Virus record (IMG/VR): IMGVR_UViG_3300025115_000003
Span: 21,694-85,693 of that record
Length of the DNA stretch: 64,000 bases
Reading direction: 5' to 3' (one strand)
From: a virus
The position numbers and the translations under genes were made by a program. This document shows positions 9,269-19,925 of this stretch, piece after piece. Under the pieces are notes generated by a model. That model saw nothing but the letters and a program-made list of their open reading frames with translations. It was not told the DNA's origin and made no database searches. The first letter of the stretch is position 1, and each line of letters opens with the position of its first letter.

Positions 9269-9611
9269 AAGAGTATTTGATACAATATTATTTGAAGAAA
9301 ATGATGTTGTAGTACGAAAAAATAAAGCATTAGATGCTTATGGAAAAGAGCCTAAAGCTGAAAGAATATGTAAGACAATACAAGTTAATTCAGGTACAGG
9401 ATATGTCTATCAGATTATATATTTTTATAGTAATCCTAATTCTCCATTTGTAGCATATGAATTTGAACCATATGATGAAGTGCAGAAAAAAGAATATTAT
9501 GAGATACTTAAATCGGTAGAAAAGGAAAACAAACCTAAAGGTAAAGATAAGCATAAGAAAGTGGAATCTGAACCGTTGGTTATTAAAAACTTTGAACAAT
9601 TAAAACGATGA
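9261..9611 (+). CDS. hypothetical protein (116 aa)
   Basis: Packed ORF. Confidence 0.7.
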   Translation: MSERVFDTILFEENDVVVRKNKALDAYGKEPKAERICKTIQVNSGTGYVYQIIYFYSNPNSPFVAYEFEPYDEVQKKEYYEILKSVEKENKPKGKDKHKKVESEPLVIKNFEQLKR

Positions 9612-10351
9612 ATAAAATACAACTAACAATTAATTATGGAGTAAGTACAGTTTTAATCATTTTAACTATTATATTTTTAACAGGAATGTTAAAATATAAA
9701 TCTACAATTAATGATTTAACAGAGTTACAAACTTTAACTACTAATGAATTAACAATATATAAAGATGAAAATAGTAAACTTATTTATACCAATAGTGTAT
9801 TAGAATTAGATAACTTTAAGCATTTAGAAAATATTAAATCAAACGATAGCACAGTCCAAAGACTTAGACAATTAATAAAAAAAGAAAAAAACATTAACAG
9901 CCAATTACAAGGACTTATACTATTACAATCACAAACACAATTAGCATATAAAGACTCAATAGAAAATCTTATTGTTTCTTATGATAGTATTATCAAAGAT
10001 GGAGTAGTTCATCATTATCCTACTTATTCAAGAAAAGTAGATATGTTTAATAATTGGATAACTGGTAATATTGAATTGGGAAAAAGTAAGTTTGATATTA
10101 ATCTACAAGTAAAAAGTGATTATGATATAATATTGATAAAAGAAAGAAAAAATATATTTAAACCATATGAATATAAAATTAAAGTATCTAATCTTAATCC
10201 GTATGTTACCACTGGAGGAATAACTACAGTACAAAAGAAAGTTAAAAAAGATAGATATAATATATCTATTTCTGGAGGGTATGGTATGGGTAAAGATGGA
10301 TTTACAGGATTTGTAGGTATAACTGGAGGTTATTCAATAATTACTTTCTAA
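9608..10351 (+). CDS. membrane-anchored coiled-coil protein with C-terminal amphipathic beta strands (spanin-like candidate)
   Basis: N-terminal TM helix, coiled coil, C-terminus ISGGYG...FVGITGGYSIITF ending in Phe. Confidence 0.55.
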   Translation: MNKIQLTINYGVSTVLIILTIIFLTGMLKYKSTINDLTELQTLTTNELTIYKDENSKLIYTNSVLELDNFKHLENIKSNDSTVQRLRQLIKKEKNINSQLQGLILLQSQTQLAYKDSIENLIVSYDSIIKDGVVHHYPTYSRKVDMFNNWITGNIELGKSKFDINLQVKSDYDIILIKERKNIFKPYEYKIKVSNLNPYVTTGGITTVQKKVKKDRYNISISGGYGMGKDGFTGFVGITGGYSIITF

Positions 10352-11751
10352 TGAATAGAATTGAAAGACAAGAAGTATCTATTAAAAAAGCAATAGATTC
10401 TAATTTACATGGTTTATTGCATCTATGTGTTAGATTTGGTAAAACTCGAATAGGTTTAAAATTATATCAATATGCTATAAGTATAGGATTAAAACCTCTT
10501 ATATTAGTACCAAGTCTTACTATTAAAAATGGTTGGATACTGGAAGATCAAAAGTCAACTAATATCCAACCTATTATTGTAACTATTTCTCAATTACTTT
10601 CAGTAAGTAAATCCTTCAATGTGGATTTACTTATAGTAGACGAGATACATAAATTTACTTCTGATGAAAGATATAATTTAATAAACAAAGGTTTAATTAA
10701 ATATAATAGATTAATAGGATTAACTGCTACATTACCTTTAGGTAATAATTTAACTAAACTTAAAACTATTGTTCCTGTTATAGATCATATATCTGAATCC
10801 GAAGCTATCACTAATAATTGGGTTAGTCAATTTGTCGAATATAATATTAGTTTAGAATTAAGTGATAATGACAAATATACTTATGTAAAATTAACTGAAA
10901 GTATTAGTGAATACTTACAAACTTTTGCTAATCTTGAGAATTATATAACTCATGGAGGAATTAAATTATTTAATTCTACTATGGATTTACTATATGGTTG
11001 TTTTAGAGGAGCAAATGTAAGAGGTTTTCCTCATATAAGTTCTGAAATTATAGCCAAAACTTTAATTGAGGTAATGCGACAAGGAAAAGAAGATGAATTT
11101 TGGAATCTATCTAATATTAAAGAACAAGGAAGTGCATTTGCAAGAAAGGTAGATTTAAGAAACGATATTCTTATTGCTAATCGCATTAAATTACAAGCTG
11201 TATTAGATATATATGATACTCTAAAAGTTCCTACTTTATGTTTTAATGATTCGATTGTTTTTTCAGATATAATTGCAGAAAAGGTAAATGAAAAATACCC
11301 TAATCAAGCTATGAGTTATCATAGTAAATTAGAAAGTAAACCTTTAATTGATAACTTAACAGGAGAATATTATAGATATGTAGGGGGAACTAAAGCAGGA
11401 CAGCCTAAATTATTTAGTAAAGCTAAGCAATTAGAATATGCTATTCTTGCAATAGAACATGGAGTAATGAGTTTTATATCTACCGTTAAGGCTTTAGATG
11501 AAGGAATTACTATTCCTAATATTGAATGTTTAATTACAACTGCTGGAACTTTTAATCCTATTCAATATGAACAAAGAACTGGTAGAGCTAAAACTTATGT
11601 AAGTAGTGATAAAATTGCTAAAATATACAATTTGTTTTTTAATGATTTTGAATATGAAGGTAAAGTATATAAATCCAGAGATAAAACTAAATTGTTAAGT
11701 AGGCAAACAAACAGTAGTAATGTAAAAAATATATCTTTATCGGATGTATAA
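10351..11751 (+). CDS. SF2 (DEAD/DEAH-like) helicase
   Basis: RFGKT, VDEIH, GLTAT, LDEGI, QRTGRA. Confidence 0.88.
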   Translation: MNRIERQEVSIKKAIDSNLHGLLHLCVRFGKTRIGLKLYQYAISIGLKPLILVPSLTIKNGWILEDQKSTNIQPIIVTISQLLSVSKSFNVDLLIVDEIHKFTSDERYNLINKGLIKYNRLIGLTATLPLGNNLTKLKTIVPVIDHISESEAITNNWVSQFVEYNISLELSDNDKYTYVKLTESISEYLQTFANLENYITHGGIKLFNSTMDLLYGCFRGANVRGFPHISSEIIAKTLIEVMRQGKEDEFWNLSNIKEQGSAFARKVDLRNDILIANRIKLQAVLDIYDTLKVPTLCFNDSIVFSDIIAEKVNEKYPNQAMSYHSKLESKPLIDNLTGEYYRYVGGTKAGQPKLFSKAKQLEYAILAIEHGVMSFISTVKALDEGITIPNIECLITTAGTFNPIQYEQRTGRAKTYVSSDKIAKIYNLFFNDFEYEGKVYKSRDKTKLLSRQTNSSNVKNISLSDV

Positions 11752-11786
11752 TTTTTGCAAAAATATCAAAAATATTTGCCAAAAGT

Positions 11787-11818
11787 ATTGACAAGTATTG
11801 AAATTTATATTATCTTTG
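11787..11818 (+). promoter_or_regulatory. Bacteroidota primary-sigma promoter
   Basis: ATTG 11787-11790, 20-nt spacer, TATCTTTG 11811-11818; overlaps a tandem AAGTATTGA repeat. Confidence 0.75.
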
Positions 11819-11840
11819 TAATCTATCTAATAAACATTAT

Positions 11841-12821
11841 ATGGAGAATGAAAAAACCGATTTATCGCCCTTTACAGAGGGGCAAGATGTAGTCCATACC
11901 TCACAACAAGCTGAAGAAAAATCTATCAGCCAGAGCCTTCCTGTAAAGTCTATTGGGCAAAATTCGCTTGTTAAGTCTTTACAAGAATTTGACCAATTTG
12001 CAGAAGTAATTATTAAATCTGATTATGCTAAAGGTTTCAAAAGAGTAATAAAAAACAAAGAAACAGGAAAAGATGAAGAAGTTGTATTAAAAGAAGATAT
12101 TATAGCATGTCTGATGGTAGGACAAGAATTAGGTATTAAACCAATGGGTTGTTTAGCACTTGGTAATAAACTTAATGTTAAGTCCTATTTTTCTGTATTG
12201 AAAGGTAGAGAATTAGGACTTGATCCTATAACTTCAATTAGTAAAATATACAATATAGAAACTTCACAAGGTACAGTTTTAAGTTTAGCAGTAGATATCA
12301 TTAATAAAGTTATTTTAGAGAATAGTAAAAAAGTAGAACTAATTAGAGATTTTGAACTTGTACCTTTATATTATACTGTAGTAGGAAATGTATATGTAGG
12401 ACATAAATATAACATATTAGATATAAATGGAATACTAAAAGAAAATTATTTTATATATTTAAATAGTACTCCTGTAGAAGAGGTTGAGGCAAATAAACAT
12501 AAAATTGTAATTAGACCTATTGGATTTACTCACATAAGTTCTTTAAGAATTACAACTGATACGAAAGATGTAATCTATCATTATAGTTTACAAGAAGCTA
12601 TAGATGCTGGATTATATAGAGGATTTCATTCATCATTAAAAGATGATAAAGGAAATCCTATTTATGTACCAGGTAGAGATAATTGGAATAAACACAATTC
12701 TACTATGTTAAGAAATAGAGTAACTTCTATAGCAGGTAGAGATTCTTTTCCACATAAACTACATGGTAGTTATACTCCTGAAGAAGTATCTGAATTTGCA
12801 GATGCTATTGTTATTGAATAA
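11841..12821 (+). CDS. single-strand annealing recombinase (RecT/Bet-like)
   Basis: GQELGIKPM, EAIDAGL, NWNKHNSTMLRNR...FP..LHGSYTPEE, typical of phage RecT-like proteins. Confidence 0.75.
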   Translation: MENEKTDLSPFTEGQDVVHTSQQAEEKSISQSLPVKSIGQNSLVKSLQEFDQFAEVIIKSDYAKGFKRVIKNKETGKDEEVVLKEDIIACLMVGQELGIKPMGCLALGNKLNVKSYFSVLKGRELGLDPITSISKIYNIETSQGTVLSLAVDIINKVILENSKKVELIRDFELVPLYYTVVGNVYVGHKYNILDINGILKENYFIYLNSTPVEEVEANKHKIVIRPIGFTHISSLRITTDTKDVIYHYSLQEAIDAGLYRGFHSSLKDDKGNPIYVPGRDNWNKHNSTMLRNRVTSIAGRDSFPHKLHGSYTPEEVSEFADAIVIE

Positions 12822-12825
12822 TTTT

Positions 12826-12937
12826 AATTAATATATTGTAATATTAATTTCCTCTTATATTATAAATCCAAAGTAATATATACTAATACATTTAAGATAA
12901 TAGTAAGACTGAAAGGAAATAGAATAATATATTAATT
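12826..12937. repeat. long imperfect inverted repeat (intergenic hairpin)
   Basis: Nested arms AATTAATATATT/AATATATTAATT, ATTTCCT/AGGAAAT, TCTTA-TATTAT/ATAATA-G-TAAGA. Confidence 0.7.
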
Positions 12938-12986
12938 CAGTTATAATTAATTAATTAATTTTTTAACTTTTAAAATCATAAAATTT

Positions 12987-13598
12987 ATGTTTCAATTTAA
13001 AAATGCGTTAGTAATAAGTGGTAGTAAATCAGTTAATGAAGCTGAACCGGTAATTGAACTTAATTCAACCTTAAATACCTTTACCTTGAATAAGAAAGCG
13101 ATGCTTTTGTTGGATATTACTCCTGGTGAAGATAGAGTTGCTATGTTTGATATGGCTGGACAAGGTGCTACAGATCATAATGACAGATTTTACATTTGTA
13201 AATCATTTGATATTCAAAAAGGAAACAGTTCAGTACCAGCAGGAGCATTGGTTTCTACAACTGGTAAGTTTTCTTACAATCGTATCTATGGGGCAATGAT
13301 CTGTGAAGATATGGATGTAATTGATATTACTCCTGAAGCAATGGTTGAACGTGGAGTTGTTTATCCTAAAGTTAAGGGAGCAAACACTCAATATATTTCC
13401 AAAAAAGTTGGAAATGGAAAGTTGGAGCTTTACAAGAATGGTGAAGAAATAGAAGTTCGTGATGGAATCATGCGTAAGCTGGCTCTTATTACTAATCTTC
13501 AATTTACCGAACACGTTAGCACAAGAGCTAATTCTATTGAAGATGAAGCAACTGTTGATCAAACACAGGGCGATTTGTTTTCAGATGATCGTGAATAA
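12987..13598 (+). CDS. putative ssDNA-binding / replication protein (203 aa)
   Basis: Lies between SSAP and primase as in crAss-like phages; beta-rich with an acidic C-terminal tail. Confidence 0.55.
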   Translation: MFQFKNALVISGSKSVNEAEPVIELNSTLNTFTLNKKAMLLLDITPGEDRVAMFDMAGQGATDHNDRFYICKSFDIQKGNSSVPAGALVSTTGKFSYNRIYGAMICEDMDVIDITPEAMVERGVVYPKVKGANTQYISKKVGNGKLELYKNGEEIEVRDGIMRKLALITNLQFTEHVSTRANSIEDEATVDQTQGDLFSDDRE

Positions 13599-13628
13599 TT
13601 AAGTAATTAACTAACTAAATAATAATAG

Positions 13629-14396
13629 ATGTTACAAATAGATATTAATCAAAATGTAACCAGTAGGCTACAATTTGAACCAATTGAAGCACACAATGGA
13701 TTTTGTTTAGGTTTTCTAAACAATGTAAGTATTGAAACCTCTCCTGTAAATGAAGATGCTAAATGGGAATTTAAAGGATATGAAACTCCTCGTTTGGTCT
13801 TTGAATTTATTCAAAAGAAAGACCAATATAATACTAAAGAAAGGTTTCATATTCATTCAGAACTTCCAATTAGCAGACTTAAATCCAATGGAGAAAGTCG
13901 TGAAGAAGCTACTATCGTAAAAGATTATTTAGCTTTATGGGGTAGAGTTAAACATATCCATGATATGTTTAGTACTTCTGCTAATTTTAAGGCAATTACC
14001 GAAGCCCCTAAGTTTACTCCTGAAGCAGATATTGCTACAAGACTTGCAGAATTTAAAAAATTCTTTGAGAATATGGTTAATCTGTTTAATATGGGTACAG
14101 ACGGTAATCCTATCTATAAACCTTTTACTGTTGAAGGTACTGAAAAGTGTTTGACTCTTAAACTTATTGTTAATACTCTTAACGATAAGAGTTATTTAGG
14201 TTTTCCTAAATATGTTGGGCAAGGATTTGCTGAAAGAACTACTATTAATAATGGTAAGATTGATACAGCATTGAAGTTTCAACCCAAAGAAACTTATAGA
14301 ATAACTTCAGCGGTTATTCCTCCTGTACCAAATCAAATGAGCAATAAAGCAAGTAATTTGCCCGCAGATGTTTTGAGTATTATTCAACAACAGTAA
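13629..14396 (+). CDS. putative OB-fold SSB-like replication protein (255 aa)
   Basis: Conserved-looking phage protein upstream of the primase; ends before a terminator. Confidence 0.5.
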   Translation: MLQIDINQNVTSRLQFEPIEAHNGFCLGFLNNVSIETSPVNEDAKWEFKGYETPRLVFEFIQKKDQYNTKERFHIHSELPISRLKSNGESREEATIVKDYLALWGRVKHIHDMFSTSANFKAITEAPKFTPEADIATRLAEFKKFFENMVNLFNMGTDGNPIYKPFTVEGTEKCLTLKLIVNTLNDKSYLGFPKYVGQGFAERTTINNGKIDTALKFQPKETYRITSAVIPPVPNQMSNKASNLPADVLSIIQQQ

Positions 14397-14414
14397 TTAT
14401 TAACTTAATTAAAG

Positions 14415-14450
14415 ATAAAAGAGGGTTAGTGATAACCCTCTTTTATTTTT
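14415..14450 (+). terminator. bidirectional Rho-independent terminator
   Basis: ATAAAAGAGGGTTA-GTGA-TAACCCTCTTTTAT. Confidence 0.85.
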
Positions 14451-14467
14451 GTTTATTTTTGCAATAA

Positions 14468-15681
14468 TGATTGATGATAATATAAAATATTATATTTTAA
14501 ATAACTACGATCAAGTAGAAATGTTTAGTTTTTATTTACAGATACCAATAGAAGATATACAAGAATCAATTAAACTTAAAAGAAATATACTAAATTTACA
14601 TAGAGGAGATACTGCTCCTTCTTTAAAATTTTATTACGATGGAGGTAAATTAAAAGTCTTTGATTATGGAAATGTATTTTACAGAGGAGATATATTCGAT
14701 ATTGTATCACTAGTAACAGGAGATAAAGGCTTTATTAATTCTTGTACTCATATATTACAAAAATTTAAACCAGGAATAAATAATCCTATATTAACATCAA
14801 GAAAAAATAAATATTTATATACATATACATTTAGAAATTATAGTTCTAAAGAAATTACATATTGGTATAATGCAGGTATAACATATGAACATTTAAAAAA
14901 TAGAGGAATATTATTAGCAAATGAAGTACATAGAGATGGAGTTAGAATACATTATTATAATCAAAACAATCCTGGATTTATTTATATATTAGGATTTCAA
15001 GAAGAAGAATTGTTTACTTTATATAAACCTTTTGAGAAAAAAGAATTTAAGTTTACTAAAAATTATAATTATCCAATCGAAGGAATAAATGAACTATATG
15101 AATCTGAAAACTTAATTATTACTAAGAGTAGAAAAGATAAGTTGACCATAGAAAGTTTAATTGATAACGGTAATATAGTTAAACAAGTAAGTAAATTAGT
15201 TAAAAGATTAGATTTACCCCCCTTTCAATATTATTCTTTTTATGTAGGGTTTTATGACAATACGTATCATATTAATTCAGATTATTGTATAACTAATTTA
15301 TCCAGTGAATCTATATTACTATCAAATAAATTAATAGATTTTCTAAAATCTAAACATAAAAGAATATTTATATTCTATGATTATGATTTAACAGGAATAA
15401 TCAATAGTTATTTTTATGCTAAATTACATTCATTTATTCCTATATTTATAGGAAGACCAAAAGATAAAATTATAGAAAAACTAACACCAGAAATAGTAAA
15501 ATTAATAACTAATAAATTTTTAGAATATGAAATAATATTTGAAATTAACGAGTTTATACAATTCGTAGATTTTCATTCAGGTAATGAAGAATCAAAAGAT
15601 ATGTTTGAATTAGCAAATTATAATATTAATAAAGCTAAAACTTTTTTAAATGGACTTGAAACATATAAGAAGAAAACATAA
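14468..15681 (+). CDS. DNA primase (crAss-type DnaG/TOPRIM); start likely MIDDNI
   Basis: N-terminal RGDTAPS...FD..GDIFD; TOPRIM ITKSRKD, SE, YDYDLTG, KD; a TATTTTTG -7 element lies just upstream. Confidence 0.8.
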
Positions 15682-16072
15682 GTTCTTAGGTATAAAAGAA
15701 GAGGAATTTCTATTCGGAGTACCTGTAACAGAACAACAATGTAATGAATTTTTAGATGAAATGACAAACTTATCAGATAATGATTTCTTTAATAAATATT
15801 TATTCTACAAGGAAAAAGTATTAATGTTAGGAAATGTAAATGATAAATCAAGAAAGTTAATGGAACTTGTAATAGATTCTATAGATTTACCAAATGGTAA
15901 GAAGTCTTTTACTTGTTTTACTGGAGATTGGAAAAGATGTATTGATAAATCTCCAACTATTATACATGAGGACATAAGTTCTTCATGGAATTGTTTAGTT
16001 GAATATTTAGGTCATCCTGAATATGCTATAATATTAAAATTTAAACCAGATGAACATGAATTTCTTATATAA
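15650..16072 (+). CDS. hypothetical protein (140 aa)
   Basis: Packed ORF. Confidence 0.7.
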   Translation: MDLKHIRRKHKFLGIKEEEFLFGVPVTEQQCNEFLDEMTNLSDNDFFNKYLFYKEKVLMLGNVNDKSRKLMELVIDSIDLPNGKKSFTCFTGDWKRCIDKSPTIIHEDISSSWNCLVEYLGHPEYAIILKFKPDEHEFLI

Positions 16073-17279
16073 ATTGGATATTAATAAAAATGTACTGGAA
16101 TGGGGAATTGATTATGATTATGATTCTGGTATAAATTATATATTAATACAACAAGGTAGAATTAATGGTAAAAAAGTACATAGTTCTACACCTTGTGCAA
16201 TGACTTCTCCAGATATAGAAATTGCATCTAAAATAAGAGATAAAAGGAAATCTGGATGGAAGACTTTAGATGAATTAGGGGTAGTAGCTTCAAATAATAT
16301 GGAAGAACAATTATTAAAGCTTCTACCATATGAGCATAAAGATTTGAATAATAGACATAAGCCTCAAAAAGCTGTATTATTTCAAGAAGGTAAGTTTAAA
16401 TATCCTGCTCTTATTCAACCAAAACTTAATGGAATTAGAGCTACTTTGAGTTGGACTAAAATAATTACTGGAAAAGGATTATTTGCCGAAACTATAGAAA
16501 AAGCAGTATTAACTTCAAAAGAAGGTATTGTTTATCATATGCCTCATATTACAGATATTTTAACAGAAGATTTCTTTAAAGCCTTTGTAAATAACGAGTG
16601 GATAGATATAACTTACGATGGTGAGTTATATAAACATGGAATGAAACTTAATGAGATAAGAAAGAGAGTACCTTATTATAATGCTCATGGGACTTTAAGT
16701 AAGGCCTCTGGTAATCCTCAAGAAATATCTTTTTGGTGTTTTGATTTAGCTATTCCTAATATAATACAACAAGATAGAACTATTATACATGGAAATTTAT
16801 TAACTGATTATCCTTCAGTTATTGAACCCGCTTATTCATTAAGTCCTATAGTAGCTTTAGATGCCATTCTTGTATATGATGATAAACACAGCAGAGAAGT
16901 AGCAGATGAATTTATTAAAATGGGATATGAAGGAGGAATATTAAGAGATTTAGATAGCTACTATGGTTTTGGAACTAAAGATAAAAGAATGATGAAACTA
17001 AAGAAATGGTACTTTACTAAATGTACTATTGTTGATGTAGTTTATAAAAATTCTTCTATTGTAAATGATAAAGAACGTACCTATATAGCTATAGTATTAA
17101 AAAACGATATAAATAATGAAATCTTTGAATGTACTCCAGAAGGAGATGAAGAAGATAGATTGTTATTACTAACCAATAGAGATAATTATATAGGTAAATT
17201 AGCTAAAGTTAAATTTAGAGAAAGAAGTGGTATTGCAGAAGTACCCTTTCAAGCAATTGTAACAGAAATTGAAAACTAA
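16050..17279 (+). CDS. lig: ATP-dependent DNA ligase
   Basis: QPKLNG (KxN/DG), DGELY, FDL, GYEGGILR, KLK. Confidence 0.9.
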   Translation: MNMNFLYKLDINKNVLEWGIDYDYDSGINYILIQQGRINGKKVHSSTPCAMTSPDIEIASKIRDKRKSGWKTLDELGVVASNNMEEQLLKLLPYEHKDLNNRHKPQKAVLFQEGKFKYPALIQPKLNGIRATLSWTKIITGKGLFAETIEKAVLTSKEGIVYHMPHITDILTEDFFKAFVNNEWIDITYDGELYKHGMKLNEIRKRVPYYNAHGTLSKASGNPQEISFWCFDLAIPNIIQQDRTIIHGNLLTDYPSVIEPAYSLSPIVALDAILVYDDKHSREVADEFIKMGYEGGILRDLDSYYGFGTKDKRMMKLKKWYFTKCTIVDVVYKNSSIVNDKERTYIAIVLKNDINNEIFECTPEGDEEDRLLLLTNRDNYIGKLAKVKFRERSGIAEVPFQAIVTEIEN

Positions 17280-17285
17280 ATAACT

Positions 17286-17498
17286 ATGGAAAATAAATAT
17301 TTTAAATCAAAAGTTAGAGAAGATTATTTTAAATTTGATGATGGAGTGGATTGTTATTTCTTACAGTTAACCGATGGGGGATTTGCTATTCTTGAAAAAG
17401 AAGTAGATATTCCATTAATTCCTATTACTGAGGAAGAATTTAAAGCTGCTCTTATTAATACAGGTTTAATACCAATAATTGCAAATCTTATAGCATGA
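17286..17498 (+). CDS. hypothetical protein (70 aa)
   Basis: Packed ORF. Confidence 0.7.
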   Translation: MENKYFKSKVREDYFKFDDGVDCYFLQLTDGGFAILEKEVDIPLIPITEEEFKAALINTGLIPIIANLIA

Positions 17499-18037
17499 GA
17501 AGAATATTTGTAATAAATGCTGCAAATGAAAAAGTAGCTAAGGAATTAACTGATTATGTATTATTAAATAAACAAGATGATATATTAGTTCCTAATGTTG
17601 TATTCATGAGTATCTATTATGATATGCATTCTTATCTTACTAATCTATTAATAACTAAGTTTGAGGATCAAGTTCCTATTACTCAATCTTTACTTAAAAT
17701 CCTATTTAAAAATTATAAACAAAATTTTATAGATTATGTATTAGAAAAAATAGATAGTAGGGATACACCTCGTACAACTTTGTTTATATTTTGTCAAAAT
17801 AGAATATTATTTCATTATATCAGAAAAGTTTATGGATATAAAATCGTTAAGTCTGTAGAAATAGTAACTGATGTAAAAAAGATAGAATATGAATTACCTG
17901 CAAATAGATTTAGTAAGCATGATATTAAATTATCTTTTCCTGAATGGAATAACAAAACATTTAGAAGAAGAATTATATCACAATTTGTAAATAATCATAT
18001 ACCAGTAAAAATATTAAAACTTGAATCACATGAGTAA
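17495..18037 (+). CDS. hypothetical protein, possibly a degenerate NMP-kinase fold
   Basis: beta-loop-helix start (RIFVINAANEKVAK) without an intact P-loop. Confidence 0.5.
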   Translation: MRRIFVINAANEKVAKELTDYVLLNKQDDILVPNVVFMSIYYDMHSYLTNLLITKFEDQVPITQSLLKILFKNYKQNFIDYVLEKIDSRDTPRTTLFIFCQNRILFHYIRKVYGYKIVKSVEIVTDVKKIEYELPANRFSKHDIKLSFPEWNNKTFRRRIISQFVNNHIPVKILKLESHE

Positions 18038-18611
18038 TATATTTAATTTAGAACAAGAATATCTTCAACTTATATCAGAAATTGAAGAATTAGATGGAGA
18101 AATTACTCCTGAAATAGAAGAAAGATTGGCTATTAATTCTCAAAATGTTCACAACAAACTAAGAAGTTATAGATACATAACCTTAATGATTGATGGAGAT
18201 ATTAGGGTAATAGATGATGAAATAGAAAGATTGAAAAACTTAAAGGAATCTAAGTCTAAAGCTATTGAAAGAGTAAGAAAAGTAATGCTGGATGCAGTAT
18301 TACTTTTTGGAACAGATGGTAAGTCTGGCAATAAGAAAATGGATTTTGCTGAATTTAAGATGTGGACTACTAATAGAAAATCTGTATTTATATCTAATGA
18401 AGATACATTTAATAATACAGATTATTTAAATTACAAACTTGGAAATAATCTAAATAAAGAAACTTTTGATAAAATCTCTAAATTAATTGAAGGAGAGGAA
18501 GTAAAAGTTTCTACTGCTATTAATAAAACTGCTATAAAAGAAGCTTTAGAAGCAGGAGGAGAAGTAAATGGAGCAATATTAATTAATAAACCTTCTTTAA
18601 CTATTAAATAA
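18030..18611 (+). CDS. Siphovirus Gp157-like protein (start likely MSNIFNL)
   Basis: IDDEIERL...KTAIKEALEAGGEVNGA..PSLTIK. Confidence 0.8.
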   Translation: MSNIFNLEQEYLQLISEIEELDGEITPEIEERLAINSQNVHNKLRSYRYITLMIDGDIRVIDDEIERLKNLKESKSKAIERVRKVMLDAVLLFGTDGKSGNKKMDFAEFKMWTTNRKSVFISNEDTFNNTDYLNYKLGNNLNKETFDKISKLIEGEEVKVSTAINKTAIKEALEAGGEVNGAILINKPSLTIK

Positions 18612-18862
18612 TGGCATACGAAACTATATTTGAAAATGGTACTAATATAACTTCTTATATGGCTACTGGAATTGCAGAAGGATTTGAAGATTCAGATAAT
18701 GAAAAGGATATAGTTAGAGCATGGAGTTATTTAATTGGTACAAGATTAGCATATAGTTTACAAGGAAGTTTTGGAAGACAAGCCTCTATCTTTATAGATA
18801 GAGGTTTAATTTCCGAAGATGGAACTGTAAATTGGGAAAGAGTTGAACAATTAATAGAATAA
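18611..18862 (+). CDS. hypothetical phage protein (83 aa)
   Basis: AWSYLIGT..AYSLQGSFGRQA, a conserved-looking motif. Confidence 0.75.
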   Translation: MAYETIFENGTNITSYMATGIAEGFEDSDNEKDIVRAWSYLIGTRLAYSLQGSFGRQASIFIDRGLISEDGTVNWERVEQLIE

Positions 18863-18864
18863 AA

Positions 18865-19704
18865 GTGGAAATTATGATTATAGGAATAAGCGGTAAGATG
18901 CAATCTGGTAAAAACACAGTTGCATCCCTAATACAATATTTGAGTACCAGACCTGATATGACTTATAGTTCTTTTTTATTATTATCTAAACAAGAACAAA
19001 GATATAATTGGAAACAAGTAGCTTTTGCAACTAAAATTAAACAAATTGTATCTATACTTACAGGAATATCTGTTGAAGATTTAGAAAGACAAGAAATTAA
19101 GGATAGTAAACTTTCTGATGAATGGATTAGATATGGTTATGCTAATGGGTTCTATAAATATTATAAAGATGGAAAAGAAGAAACTGTAATGAATAATACT
19201 CAATGTGATAAAAAACGGTATGAGTTAGAGTTTCGTACTAATTATCAAACTGCATATAAAGTTCATCCTACATATCGTGAAATGCTACAATATATAGGTA
19301 CAAATTTATTACGTGATAAATTTCATAATGATACTTGGGTTAATGCTTTATTTGCTGATTATAAAAAAGAGGGTGGTTTTGAAGGTGGTGAAAGAACAGC
19401 TTCGGATGGTGGCTATTATTCTACTCCAAGTTACAAAGGAGAATTTCCTAATTGGATTATCACAGATGTTAGATTTCCTAATGAATTAGAAGCTGTTAAA
19501 CAAAGAGAAGGTATTACCATTAGAGTTAATAGATATGTAGGAGAAGTTGTTATGTACACCCCAAGATATTCTCCACCAAAAGAACACTCTTCTGAAACAG
19601 CTTTAGATGATGCTACATTTGATTATACTATTGACAATAATGGTACAATTGAAGAATTAATTAAAAAAGTAAAAGAAGTATTAATAAAGGAGAAAATAAT
19701 ATGA
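18865..19704 (+). CDS. deoxynucleoside monophosphate kinase
   Basis: GISGKMQSGKNT, FATKIK, REMLQYIGT, ITDVRFPNE, HSSETALD. Confidence 0.9.
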   Translation: MEIMIIGISGKMQSGKNTVASLIQYLSTRPDMTYSSFLLLSKQEQRYNWKQVAFATKIKQIVSILTGISVEDLERQEIKDSKLSDEWIRYGYANGFYKYYKDGKEETVMNNTQCDKKRYELEFRTNYQTAYKVHPTYREMLQYIGTNLLRDKFHNDTWVNALFADYKKEGGFEGGERTASDGGYYSTPSYKGEFPNWIITDVRFPNELEAVKQREGITIRVNRYVGEVVMYTPRYSPPKEHSSETALDDATFDYTIDNNGTIEELIKKVKEVLIKEKII

Positions 19705-19925
19705 CTGAGAAACAATTATTAAAAAAGTTAGTTAAATTATTTCCAGATAGGCATATAGTTATTAGAAGAGAATATGCATATTATCAAACAATAGGGTTTA
19801 AAACTACATATCCTTTGTATATAGCAAATGGGGATAATACCGATTTAGGTACGTGTTGGACTCCAGATTTCGACACTTTCCAAGAATTATTAGATTTTGT
19901 TAAATCTAAATTACCTTATTTATGA
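19701..19925 (+). CDS. hypothetical protein (74 aa)
   Basis: ATGA-coupled ORF. Confidence 0.7.
   Translation: MTEKQLLKKLVKLFPDRHIVIRREYAYYQTIGFKTTYPLYIANGDNTDLGTCWTPDFDTFQELLDFVKSKLPYL

Noticed and set aside
4623-17279. Inteins or group I introns in the helicases, PolB, primase or ligase
   Set aside because: Proteins are of normal length with contiguous motifs; no intein termini or homing endonuclease ORFs seen.
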